A stretch of DNA of 63,132 nucleotides, counting the filler, from Octopus bimaculoides (taxonomy: Eukaryota): assembly GCF_001194135.2 (NCBI RefSeq). It is 4 parts of 4 records of this genome, joined end to end, with 100 filler letters (N's around TTAATTAATTAA, not from the genome) between each part and the next. Parts side by side here need not be neighbours in the genome. Positions count along the whole stretch, not along the records: positions 1 to 25,100 come from NC_068986.1; positions 25,201 to 51,991 come from NC_068997.1; 2 more parts are not named here. One strand, written 5' to 3'. The position numbers were made by a program, and so were the translations under genes. Below are positions 23,991-35,735 of the stretch, piece by piece (position 1 is the stretch's first letter; every line of letters begins with the position of its first letter). A model generated the notes under the pieces. The model was not told where the DNA came from. It ran no database searches and saw only the letters and a program-made list of their open reading frames with translations.

Positions 23991-25046
23991 AATTTTCTTT
24001 TTCAGTTATCTCAATAAAACTGTTACCTACATTGATCTAAAACACCACATCTGGACAGTATGCTACACCGTGATAATGATATCACATTTGTACACTTAAA
24101 ACATTTGTGATATTCATTTAAAACTGAGGAAGGTAAGGAAATCTTTTTGCTCTACAATGGATCACTAGCTCCATATCATGAGAACAAAAGAGGTTCATGT
24201 AAGGAAGCTCTTTCTATCATAAAAAAAAAACAAAAACAGGTTTCTTGCTGAAGTAGGTAGAACAGCAACTTCATACAACCAGCTCAGACTCACAATGAAC
24301 AACTCACCAGCAGTCATTGCATGAAGGATATTTTCAAGGGAGCCTGTATGTGAGACACATTAAAACATCTGAACATTTGCACCCATGCCATAAGTCTGTT
24401 TCATATGACCTTAACATAAACCATGATTTTAGAGTAGCAATATTTCAAATAGACTCTCCAAAATACTTCATACATTTTAGATAGGGGAGAAAAACAAAGT
24501 TATTTGATTTATTCTTGTCTTTATAGAACTGGCTCAGATTAACATAAAGTAAAACTAGATTATTTTATGAACCAAAGTTTAAGTGTTATAAACTTTGAAG
24601 ACTATCTTACTGCATGTAAAATGTGTACAACACTTCTACACATTCTGGTCTTAATTATGAGTAGGAGCTGTAAAGTAACAATAAATATTTCCCATATACA
24701 CAAAGAATGAAATCTTATGTAAAGTTTAAGAGAATGCTCAGTCATTTAGATAAATCTAGAATGTGATGTAAATAAACTAACACTGGCTGTCAGGCAGTGG
24801 GGTGGTGACAGACACAAACAATACACACACACACACACACACACTTACGCACACATATATATGACAGGCTTTTTTCAGTTCCCATCTACCAAATCTACTC
24901 ACAAGGCTCAGACTGGCCTGGGGTTATACATGCCCAAGGTCCCCAAGAGTGGGAAAGAATATGAAACCATGTAGTTGTATGACACCATACAACCATATAT
25001 ATAATACGTATGTACCTGTGAGTATGTTTGTATAGAAATATATATG

Positions 25047-25079
<33 letters not shown>

Positions 25080-25100
25080 GTGTATATATATATATATATA

Positions 25101-25200
25101 NNNNNNNNNNNNNNNNNNNNNNNNNNNNNNNNNNNNNNNNNNNNTTAATTAATTAANNNNNNNNNNNNNNNNNNNNNNNNNNNNNNNNNNNNNNNNNNNN
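25101..25200. other. Artificial scaffold-join spacer
   Basis: 44 N + TTAATTAATTAA (stops in all six frames) + 44 N. Confidence 0.95.
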
Positions 25201-25630
25201 CTAGACCAGATATAGTTGTCAAAGAACATGAAGAAAAAAAATGCTTTCTAATTGATGTATCAATACCAGCAGATGACGTTTCCCTAAAAGAAATGGAAAA
25301 ACTTTCAAAATACAAAGACCTGGAAATAGAGGTAACTCGAATTTGGAATCTAAAAACAGAAACAATTCCTATCATAGTAGGCGCCTTAGGTATAATAAAA
25401 AAAATATTCAGACAAATACATAACAAAAACACCAGGACTTACAAATATATATAACATACAGAAAATTGCACTACTGGGCACTGCACACATCCTACGCAAA
25501 ACACTTTCAATACAGTAACCATAAGAGCATCACAGCAAACCACAGCACATACCCAAGGCACACAGAGCTGCGCTCGGTAGTGAAGTGAAAGCACGTTATA
25601 AAAATAAAACTACTGAACAATAATAATAAT
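25201..25630 (+). mobile_element. R4/Dong-like LINE 3' end
   Basis: RPDIVVKEHEEKKCFLIDVSIPADD...KYKDLEIEVTRIW...IQKIALLGTAHILRK; (AAT)n tail. Confidence 0.85.
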
Positions 25631-26009
25631 AATAATAGTGGTTTCAAATTTTGGCACAAGGCTAACAATTTTGGGGTAGTGTGCTAGTCAATTAACTAGA
25701 CCCCAGTGCTCAGTTGGTACTTATTTTATTAACTCCAAAAGGATGAGAGGTAAAGTTGACCCCAGCAGAATTTGAACTCAGGAAGAAATGCCGCTAATTT
25801 TTTTGTCCGGCATGCTAATGATTCTGCCAGCTCATCACCTTAATAATAATAATAATCTCTTCTAATATAGACACTATTTGAGGAAAGGGGCTTAGTCAAT
25901 TATATCAACCCCCAGTACTCAACTGGTACTTACGTTATCGACCTTTTAAATAGCATTGTTTTTTCCTTATTGATGGGTCATGTTCTAGTAATAATAATAA
26001 TAATAATAA

Positions 26010-26500
26010 TGGTATGAACATAAACCCGAAAGTATCATCGAAAATGATAATGCAAAGATCCTTTTGGATTTTATGATTCAGTGTGACCATGAGACAGAGG
26101 TTAGGAAACCAGACATTGTGTTAATTGAGAAAGAAAGCAAACAATGCTGGATCATAGATATAGCATGCCCAGCTGACAACAAGGTATGCGATAAGGAAGA
26201 AAGAAAAGTCGATAGATATAACAGATTAGCTTGGGAGGTTAAGCAGTTGTGGTCACTGAAAAAGGTGGTAGTAGTATGAATAATTGGGGGAACCCTGGGA
26301 ACAGTGAGAAAAATCTTGAGAAGTACATGGAACAAATAGGGGCTGCAATAAGGCATTTGCAGAAAACAGCATTGCTTGGAACTACTTGAATACTCTGGAT
26401 GGTGCTCAAAAAATAAGGGGTGTTACCTTAGTTCACTGGTAGTGAACAGCTGACACTATAGTGCATCTCCAGCGTTACAAGCTATGCAAAGACAATAAAA
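26010..26500 (+). mobile_element. R4/Dong-like LINE 3' end, CpG-decayed
   Basis: RKPDIVLIEKE...IIDIACPAD...EERKVDRY; paralogue of 56335-56880. Confidence 0.85.
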
Positions 26501-27789
26501 TAATAATGATAATGGTTTCAAATTTTGGCACAAAGCCAGCAGTTTCAGGTGGGGCGGGGTAAGTAGATTACAGAGCTCAACAGGTACTTATTTTATTGAC
26601 CCTGAAAGGACGAAAGGCAAAGTTAATCTCAGCAGGATTTTAACCCAGAATGTAAGGACAAACGAAATGTGGACAAGCATTTTGCCCAGCATGCTAACAA
26701 TTATGTGACTATGCTAGCTCGCCATATTAATAATAAAAGTAAGTGCCACACAAATATTTAGGACAATACAAAGGGCAGTGAATGATGATAATAATGATAA
26801 TTCTTTTTAATTTTGGCACAAGGCCAGCAATTTTAAGAGGAAGAGGCAAGTCTTTTACATTGACCCAGCCTTTGACTGGTACTTTATTTTATTGACCTTC
26901 AAAGGATGAAAGGCAAAGTTGAACTCAACAGAATTTAAGCTTAGCTTGTAAAGAGACAGAAGAATTTCAGTGAAGCATTTTGTCCAGGACAAGAAGACAA
27001 AGATGGCAAAGATGATGATAAAGGAGGAGGAAGGGGAATTTGACTGTGATTCTGGCAGATGTAAAATAAATCCATACAAACCTCTTCATTGGCTTTTAGC
27101 GATAACAACCACCACCACCACAAAATTGATATTATTGCTAATACTAATACTTCAACTAAGATTAGTACTACTAAACTAGTAAGTTTTATTCTAAATGTCT
27201 AAGTTTCTGAGATGAATTATTCTGAAAACAATTTTTAACCTCATCTTCAACAATTAAATCATCATCATCATCGTTTAACGTCCGCTTTCCATGCTAGCAT
27301 GGATTGGACGATTTGACTGAGGACTGGTGAACCAGATGGCTACACCAGGCTCCAATCTGATTTGGCAGAGTTTCTACAGCTGGATGCCCTTCCTAATGCC
27401 AACCACTCCGAGAGTGTAGTGGGTGCTTTTATGTGCCACCAGCACGAAGGCCAGTCAGGTAGTACTGGCAACGGCCACGCTCAACATGGTGTATTTTATG
27501 TGTCACCTACACAGGAGCCAGTTCAGCGGCACTGGCAACGATATCGCTCGAATGACTTTTCACGTGTATATATATACATACATACTCATATACACATATG
27601 TATGTATGTATATAAATATATGCATATATATATAGTATATGTGTGTGTATATATATGTATCTTAAATAATTTTGGGGAAAACAAATTTCCAAATCAATCA
27701 GGTACAACCCTTCAACATTACATGCATTTGCATATCGTACCTTGGGGTCTTATTTTATCATATATTTATGTATTTCTCTAGAAATATAC

Positions 27790-28860
27790 AAAGAATCTAA
27801 TAATAGTCAATAATAATTCAGTTTTGGGGATTAATAGATATGTGGGTATTCTATTGAAGTTAATACAAAAAATAACCTAATGAGTATATCTGAAAGTAAA
27901 CTCATGGTGTCCATTTGCACATCACGAAATAATACTTAAAGGACATAACCATTATACCAGCAGGGTATTTACTATACTTCCTTAATTATCTCCTAGTTTA
28001 GTTAACAATAAATTAATTAAATATGAAGGAACTACTTGTGTTTCAGTATTGGAAGATTACAATATATATATGCAATCATCAGATTTACAATTATTCCTAC
28101 ACATCTTCAGGTTCTTTTTTAAAAACATTATAAATCTAATTTTACATCCCTTTAAAAAAATAAGCAATAAAATTAAGCATTAACGATTAAAAATTAAAAA
28201 TAAAAATTATACTTTGTAATATTAAGAATTAAAATTTATAAATTATACATTATAAATATGAATTAATATATATATCAACCTTGTAAAGTCAAGTATATAA
28301 TGTCAACTAGAAATTATAAGATATAAAATTATACTTCTGAATAAAAATGTCTGTATTTAAACGTGAAATATAACAAGAAAAATTCAAATATATATCTTCC
28401 CTTTTTGCTGGTACCAAGATTAGTTTTCAAAATGGTGATTAGAGGAAGAAAATAGCAAGGAACTATGGGAATTTATAGGTTATTAGTACCAAGGGAGGTA
28501 ATTATACTATGCATAGTTTAAATTTAAACTATCCTCTATTATTATCTTCAATTTGTTGGGAGATATATATTTGTTATTCTATAATTTTAGTAATATTTAA
28601 TACATTTATTTATTTATATAGTCTATTCAAGTGCTGAAGAAATAAAATTGTGTGGATATTTTAATCAAGGGTGGGGTGTTCAGTATTTCATTTTATTGAA
28701 GGTAAAATTATTTCGGTGCCTACATTTGACTCCATGTTCATCATATGTGTTTAATAATTCATCTCTAGACTATAATAGTTTCGTAAATTCTGTTATGCAT
28801 AATAAACACATTTTATTCCCAATAAATATGTTTTAAATATTTATATTTACATTACATTTC
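27790..28860 (-). mobile_element. Penelope-like remnant: EN C-terminus plus AT-rich 3' region
   Basis: About 28700-28830 on minus reads GNKMCLLCITEF...LLNTYDEHGVKCRHRNNF (CxxC.E...LN...CRH). Left boundary approximate. Confidence 0.6.
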
Positions 28861-29181
28861 AATTGGTTTGATCTCTGATCACCATGAGATGTTTCATTCC
28901 TTAATATGTACATAAGTACAAGGCTGGATTTGAACTAGTATTCTTTCTTTTAAACTTAGTTGAGAGCAGAACTATAACACTTAGTTTAGAAATAAATTTC
29001 CAGGTTCAAATTCAATGTGGCTGTTCCAGGAATAAAACATCTGGAGAAGAACCATAGTTAAAATCAGTAGTTCCAAGTCTGGGGTCTGCAAACATATCAT
29101 TGGTGGAGTCTGTGCAATGAGTGTAGAGCATATCAAATGGACAAACATTCCAAAAACCTGTTAGTCCATGGGAAAATTTCT

Positions 29182-29386
29182 TTAACCCTTTAGCTTTCAG
29201 ATTACTCTGTCAAATGTATTATTTATTCACATCACTTTTAATTAATCATGCATTATCCTGCAGCTTTAAAATTTCGATGATGTGATTGTATATCTTTAGA
29301 ATCATATCATATGGTAGGTGTGAGGGGCCAGATCTGGCCAGTTTAACATAAAAGAGATATGGCTAGTTTTAATGCTAAACGGTTAA
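29182..29386. mobile_element. piggyBac-type MITE flanked by TTAA
   Basis: TTAA-CCCTTTAGC...GCTAAACGG-TTAA; same family as the host of the Gypsy element at 35736-38032. Confidence 0.7.
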
Positions 29387-30033
29387 ATAAAAGCAGTTCT
29401 TAGTATTAAAAAAGTTGGGAGTCACATGTTGTAAAAGTATTTATTGTACATTACAACTGTGCTAATAGTACTATTACAACTAAGACAACTATATCCTCAA
29501 CTATCACCTTCATAACATACACTTTGAGGGTAACTACCTCCACAGTTACCACTACTAGACTCCCTAACACTACCACCATTACTATTATCAACACAGTTTT
29601 ACCACTAGAACCAGAGGGGGTAGGATCATTGGCATGTTGGTCAAATGCTTAGTGGCATTTCTTCCAGCTCTATGTTCTGAGTTCAAATCCTATCAAGGCC
29701 AACTTTGCCTTTCATCCTTTCTGGGTTGATAAAATAAAGTAACAGCCGAAGGGGTTGATGCAATCAAGTAAAATCCCTCTTCCTAAAAATTGCAGGCTTT
29801 TTGCCAAAATTTGAAACATCATCATTATTATGTCTGTTAGCAAAAACACTCTCTGTAATTACAACCAGTTTAATTATTCACACCAACACGGTCACCATCA
29901 CCATCACCATCACTACTACCTTCATCATTAATCACTCTGAAAGTAACCATTATAACCACCACGATTCTAATATTTACTATCACATTTGCATTTATGACCA
30001 ATGATACAATTACTTCGACCACTAACAAACCTG

Positions 30034-30619
30034 GGATCTTTTTTAAAACAGGGGCCACATTTTTCATTAATGTTTTACGTAGTGTTTTTGGTACCGAAAG
30101 ACTTTCAAACTTCGTATACTTATCTATTTTGTGTTATAGAACAGAAAAATATTTTTGTATTCAAATTTATTTCATGTAAAAAATTGTCTTATTTCGATAA
30201 TTTCAACCAATCACTGACAAGTATTCAGTTGTTTACATTTACTCCTTTGGCTGATCAAGCCATAGCTTCGTTTTATTTGCTTTTTTCATTTTCTTTTTTT
30301 TTTCTTCGTTTTATTTGCTTTTTTCTTTTTAAATTTGCTGTTTTACCCTAACCCTAACCCTAACCCTATCACCGATAGAATTGTTTCAGAATCGTTTGTT
30401 TATGTAGTCGGCACTTAATGTATATCGGCTGAATGGACGTCAGTGATTGGTTGAAATTACAGAAATACAACAACTTTAACATGGAATAACTTAGGGATTT
30501 CTTTTTTTTTTAAAGAAGACTAAGAGAAAAAGATGTTTTATATGACACATTCTACCAGTGTTCCAAGTTTCAAAGTGTTTCGTTAATGAAAAATGTGGCC
30601 CCCGTTTTAAAAAAGATCC
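30034..30619. mobile_element. Merlin-type MITE with 8-bp TSD and internal (CCCTAA)n
   Basis: GGATC...GATCC TIRs, TSD CAAACCTG (30026-30033, 30620-30627); body homologous to 15925-16316 plus an extra segment. Confidence 0.8.
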
Positions 30620-30966
30620 CAAACCTGCCACTGCAACCATTATTATTACCACCATTACTACAACATCATCAAGACTACAAGTATTCATGCAATCACTACT
30701 GATGCGGCTACTGCTACTCCTACTACTCAGTTTCAGACTTGGAACTAATTCCTTCCCTTCCAATAATGTAGAGTGTGTCCAAATTCTGATATTGAATTAA
30801 CTGCTAAATGAACCGTGATATACAAGAGAGAAGAGACTGGAAGTGGGGTGAGGAAGGTAGTCTGACATGGAGAGTGTGTGTGTGTGTGTGTGTGGATGAG
30901 TAAATGAATGTGCATATCTTAGATTCAGTCATTAACTTATATTGAGTATGTGTGTACATACACATA

Positions 30967-31540
30967 TGAGGTCTGTTCTAAAAGTAGTTTCTAACTTAAT
31001 TTTTCCTGCCAAAACTAATGCTGTGTAGGCAAAATCCTTTGGGTGGGAGATGACACCATCCTTCCTGCACATGTATAAAAACTTTCATGCTGCTCGGCCA
31101 CATCAGTTCCCAGCTGTTGTGCCCAGAGTACAGACGTGTAGTGCGCACTCATCAGATTTTCACTTTCACGCAAGATAATGGAACGCAGCGAACAGAGACC
31201 ACAAACCCATGTCTTATTACTAGTGGTGATAGTCTTCATGAAGACTGAGTCATTGTTTGCATGGTCCAGCATGTCCTAAGCGATTTCTGTTTGGAATTGC
31301 TTCTGCTGCTCTGCCAGCACTTTGGGGGCAAATTTTGCCTGCACAATACCTCCATTAAAATGGAATGCACTGATCCTGTGCTTATTCCTGCTTTGTGAGC
31401 AATTTCCTGGATTGTTACATGACAGTCTTCCATGACTATTCACTGAACCTTCTCAATTGGTTCCTCATTTCAGCTTGTGGATGGCCTGCCTGAGTGTGCC
31501 TTGGTTTCTCAAAAATCATTTTGTTTAACAAGAAATGTTC
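30967..31540. mobile_element. Rearranged mariner fragment
   Basis: Plus strand: TIR-like end, 5' UTR and MERSEQR start. From about 31200 the minus strand encodes GRPSTS, TIQEIAHKAGISTGSVHSIL and MKTITTSNKTWV (decayed TGDETWV). Confidence 0.8.
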
Positions 31541-31998
31541 CATAGCCTATGTTATTGTAGAGTTAGTACTGTATATAAGTTGTAGAGAGAGCTTCTACAT
31601 GGTCACTTGATATGGAAGAAATAGCAGTCAAATCTTCCTCAAAATCACACTCTAGTAAGATAAGAACACACTGGATAATGTAGTTCTAGACATACCCACC
31701 AAAAGACAAGATGGTCAGGATCGGAATACCTATGCTCATAGTTCTCTTGATCAAGGATAACCTGATGATATGCAAAACTTTGGTGCTGTGGTTTCATTGT
31801 TTCCTTCTTTAGACCCATAGAACCATTTAAAATATGTAAACCCTCCCAGCACAGTAATGTCATTGGCCAATGTCTCTTTTTCTTTTTTATCTTGCAGCAC
31901 ATAATTACTTCTAGTTAGTTTTTTAAATATCTGGTACATTGAATATATTTACATTAACTTAGCGGTTCTTCTATCAATATTTCAACAATACTGTGAAA

Positions 31999-32049
31999 GC
32001 AATATTTTACTGATGAAGTCAGTATAAGACTGAACATATCAAGAGTTGT
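31999..32049 (+). ncRNA. Degenerate minimal hammerhead-like motif
   Basis: CTGATGA AGTC-agtataa-GACT GAA-C ATATC: perfect stem II, one A missing from GAAA, GTC changed to ATC. Confidence 0.4.
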
Positions 32050-32517
32050 CTTCCATATCCACTGAAAAAAATCAAGAACATTAGACACTGACTTATANNN
32101 NNNNNNNNNNNNNNNNNNNNNNNNNNNNNNNNNNNNNNNNNNNNNNNNNNNNNNNNNNNNNNNNNNNNNNNNNNNNNNNNNNNNNNNNNNNNNNNNNNNN
32201 NNNNNNNNNNNNNNNNNNNNNNNNNNNNNNNNNNNNNNNNNNNNNNNNNNNNNNNNNNNNNNNNNNNNNNNNNNNNNNNNNNNNNNNNNNNNNNNNNNNN
32301 NNNNNNNNNNNNNNNNNNNNNNNNNNNNNNNNNNNNNNNNNNNNNNNNNNNNNNNNNNNNNNNNNNNNNNNNNNNNNNNNNNNNNNNNNNNNNNNNNNNN
32401 NNNNNNNNNNNNNNNNNNNNNNNNNNNNNNNNNNNNNNNNNNNNNNNNNNNNNNNNNNNNNNNNNNNNNNNNNNNNNNNNNNNNNNNNNNNNNNNNNNNN
32501 NNNNNNNNNNNNNNNNN

Positions 32518-32551
<34 letters not shown>

Positions 32552-33906
32552 CCTTGTCATCATTTTGTGTGCATGCATGTATGTATGTATTGGGGTATTT
32601 AAGTGGAAGAAAAAGTAGTTCTTACATGTAAGCAGAGCTTATATTTCTTTTTGTGTGTGTGTGTGTGTGCATGTGTTCATTCATGCACTTAAACCAACAC
32701 ATATATATGTCTATGAATGCATATATACAAGAAATTTGGTGTGTGAACTATCAGAATGAATATGTATGTGTGTGTGTGTGTATGTGTTTGTGTGTGTATG
32801 TGTTTGTGTGTCATGGGAGGAGGGAGTATTGCTTGTTAATGTCTCCCTAAGTGACATCTATATTAACAGACAACACCTGTGTATGGATAAGATCTAAGAA
32901 TTCAAAATGAAAGTAAAAAATACATGGCTTGCACAGCTCCATACTGCCCAACTTGACCCATATGTAAAAATCACCAAAAATACAAACAACTGTTAAGATC
33001 TTTATTACAAATGGTTACAAATCAAAGAGATTTCCAGCTTGACCTACAAGGCTTTCTTTTTTTTTTATTAAGAGTATCTCCAGGAAAAACTGTCCACATC
33101 AAGATTAGCACAAGTCTAGCCATGAGGCTCAGTAGTCTTAAAATGTGTTCATTCGCCATTTCAAGTATTTCTGTAGGTCCTCACAGCCATGCTGAGTACG
33201 TCCAACTGTCTTCTTGACAAGTCTTATGCTTGCTCTCCAAGCTTCCTAGCGACTTTCAGCAAGCTGGTCTGGTGCAAGGGCTGGTTTAGTTATCCTTGAC
33301 CCAACCACATAAGTACTAGATTACATGTTACTCATAACACTCGTAAATGATCCATAATACATATAAACATGCACACACGTACACACGTGCATATATACTG
33401 CATCGGAACAGTGAAAGATATAACCAAAGCTAAATCAATGTGCAAGTAAATGCTTGCCTGTTTTAAGTAGCCAATATACACGAGTATCTTCCAAACTGGA
33501 GAAGCATTGGGCCCCTGAAAGTCTTGTTGTAACAAATACCTCTATATAGCAGAGCCTATTTTTCCATTGACTTTTGTGTAATGTGGATAACAATAGAAAG
33601 ATATATTTTGCACTGTGGAGCTCCACATTGTGACAGGATTTTCATAAGCTCTCATGGCTTCCAAAATATAAGGTACACTTGTTTTGTATCCTCCTCCTCC
33701 TCCTCTAACCTCCATCTTCCATGCAACCCTGGGTTGGAGAATTTGGCAGGGTCCAATGAACCAGGGGATAGAAACCATGCCAAACTGACAATTGGAGCCA
33801 GGTGCAGCTCTTTGGCTAGCCACCTCCTGTCAAAGTGTCCAACCCATGCCAGTATGGAAAACAGGCATTAAATGATGATGATAGTGATGACGATGAAGAT
33901 ACACAC

Positions 33907-33937
<31 letters not shown>

Positions 33938-34229
33938 GTATATCATTTAACTTCTGCATTCCATGCTGGCATGAGTGGGACTTTATGCATATATATATAT
34001 ATATATATAAAGATAGATAAGGCTAATCTATGGGATTACCCAGGGTTTCACATTCATAGAGTGCTTAGCTTTACACCCTATCATGAGATGCTGGCACATG
34101 GCCTCTGTAGCAAGTGACCTTTCAAGAAAATGGAGAAGGAAAACACTTCATTACTCTATGTCAACAACAGGGGACTGTCTCCTTTTGGCTGTTATTTGTA
34201 ATTTACTCTGTTATCATCGTGTGGGTCCC

Positions 34230-34590
34230 AGGACACCAGCAGGAATTTCCTGAAGTGCAAATAGGGTCTGAAGACTTCCATTCTGGAGTTAAGGATGTTC
34301 CCCGGGTTGAGGAAGTCCTTTAATATCTCCACCTGTTCAGCTATGCACAGTTTACAATGTTTGGTACCAATTATGTAGGGGCCTGTATTTTCCTAAGATT
34401 CTCCATGATATGTGTGGAATTCTTTCATCCTTCAGCCACCATACATGGCTGGTTAATGATGTAGCATATCTCCTTCCTGGTATCCTGAAATAGGATCTGT
34501 GGTTAGAGAGGCGTTGCTTGAACATGTTAACAGAGCATCCAATGTATCTCTGTGTATGGGTGTTGGCAATGTTGTATCTGCTGCTGTTAT
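34230..34590 (-). pseudogene. Penelope-like GIY-YIG endonuclease fragment
   Basis: RYIGCSVNMFKQRLSNHRSYF...SLTSHVWWLKD...SWRILGKY, then with one frameshift CKLCIAEQ...NILNSRMEVF...HFRKFLL. Confidence 0.85.
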
Positions 34591-35424
34591 ATATATATAT
34601 ATTTTCCCTAAAACTATATATATATATATATATATATATATNNNNNNNNNNNNNNNNNNNNNNNNNNNNNNNNNNNNNNNNNNNNNNNNNNNNNNNNNNN
34701 NNNNNNNNNNNNNNNNNNNNNNNNNNNNNNNNNNNNNNNNNNNNNNNNNNNNNNNNNNNNNNNNNNNNNNNNNNNNNNNNNNNNNNNNNNNNNNNNNNNN
34801 NNNNNNNNNNNNNNNNNNNNNNNNNNNNNNNNNNNNNNNNNNNNNNNNNNNNNNNNNNNNNNNNNNNNNNNNNNNNNNNNNNNNNNNNNNNNNNNNNNNN
34901 NNNNNNNNNNNNNNNNNNTCATACTAAAAATATCCGCCTATGGATATAATAATAGATTACTTTATTTTTTCTGTCTCCAATCAAGGGAAGTACTGGATCT
35001 TCCCAGAAACAGCTGTAAGACTCTATCCATAAAATACTTCTCCAACCTTACCATTGCTCTCTTTATCTTTTTATTTTTATATATTTACATATACACATGC
35101 TAGTACACGACTTATAATCTCCAATCCTGTTCATACAACGATTGGGGCAAAACTAGTCGGTATACAGCACTTACTCGGTATTACCTATATCCTCCTGGGT
35201 TTGGTTAAATCCAATACCCTCCTCAACCTTATATATATATCTATATATATATATTGGTGTTTGGAATGGCATCTAGCTAGAGAAACCATGCCAGAATAGA
35301 CAATGGAGCCTGGTGTGGCACCTGGCGTGGCCCTTGGCCTTATTAGTTCCAGTCAAACAGTCCAACCCATGCCAGCATGGGAACAGACATTAAATGATGC
35401 TACACATACACACACACACATGCA

Positions 35425-35504
<80 letters not shown>

Positions 35505-35735
35505 TCACATGATACCATTTTACCAGAATATTAATGTCGTGTCTGCATTCCCTTAATCTTCTAGAAATCGCAGCTAAATTTCTCTCAAGCCATACTCTGC
35601 TTTCTTGAAAATAGGACACATTAGATAATGCAGTCTAGAGTACACTAGTCTCTGGGTGTGTGTGTTTGGAGCAGGTGGGTAGTTATGGCTTGAATGCTTT
35701 TGATGAACAATAGCAACAAATATTATAAGAACCCC

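Noticed and set aside
28035-28090. CTGATGA...GAAAC on the minus strand
   Set aside because: Twelve unpaired nucleotides between stem II and GAAAC, and no NUH site or stem I.
30345-30367. Telomere or chromosome fusion site
   Set aside because: Only about three CCCTAA units, internal to a TSD-flanked MITE.
34030-34090. Hammerhead downstream of the 34.2-kb endonuclease (minus strand)
   Set aside because: An 8-bp stem exists, but the core is CTCATGA, seven extra nucleotides precede GAAAC, and stem I pairs only 2 bp.
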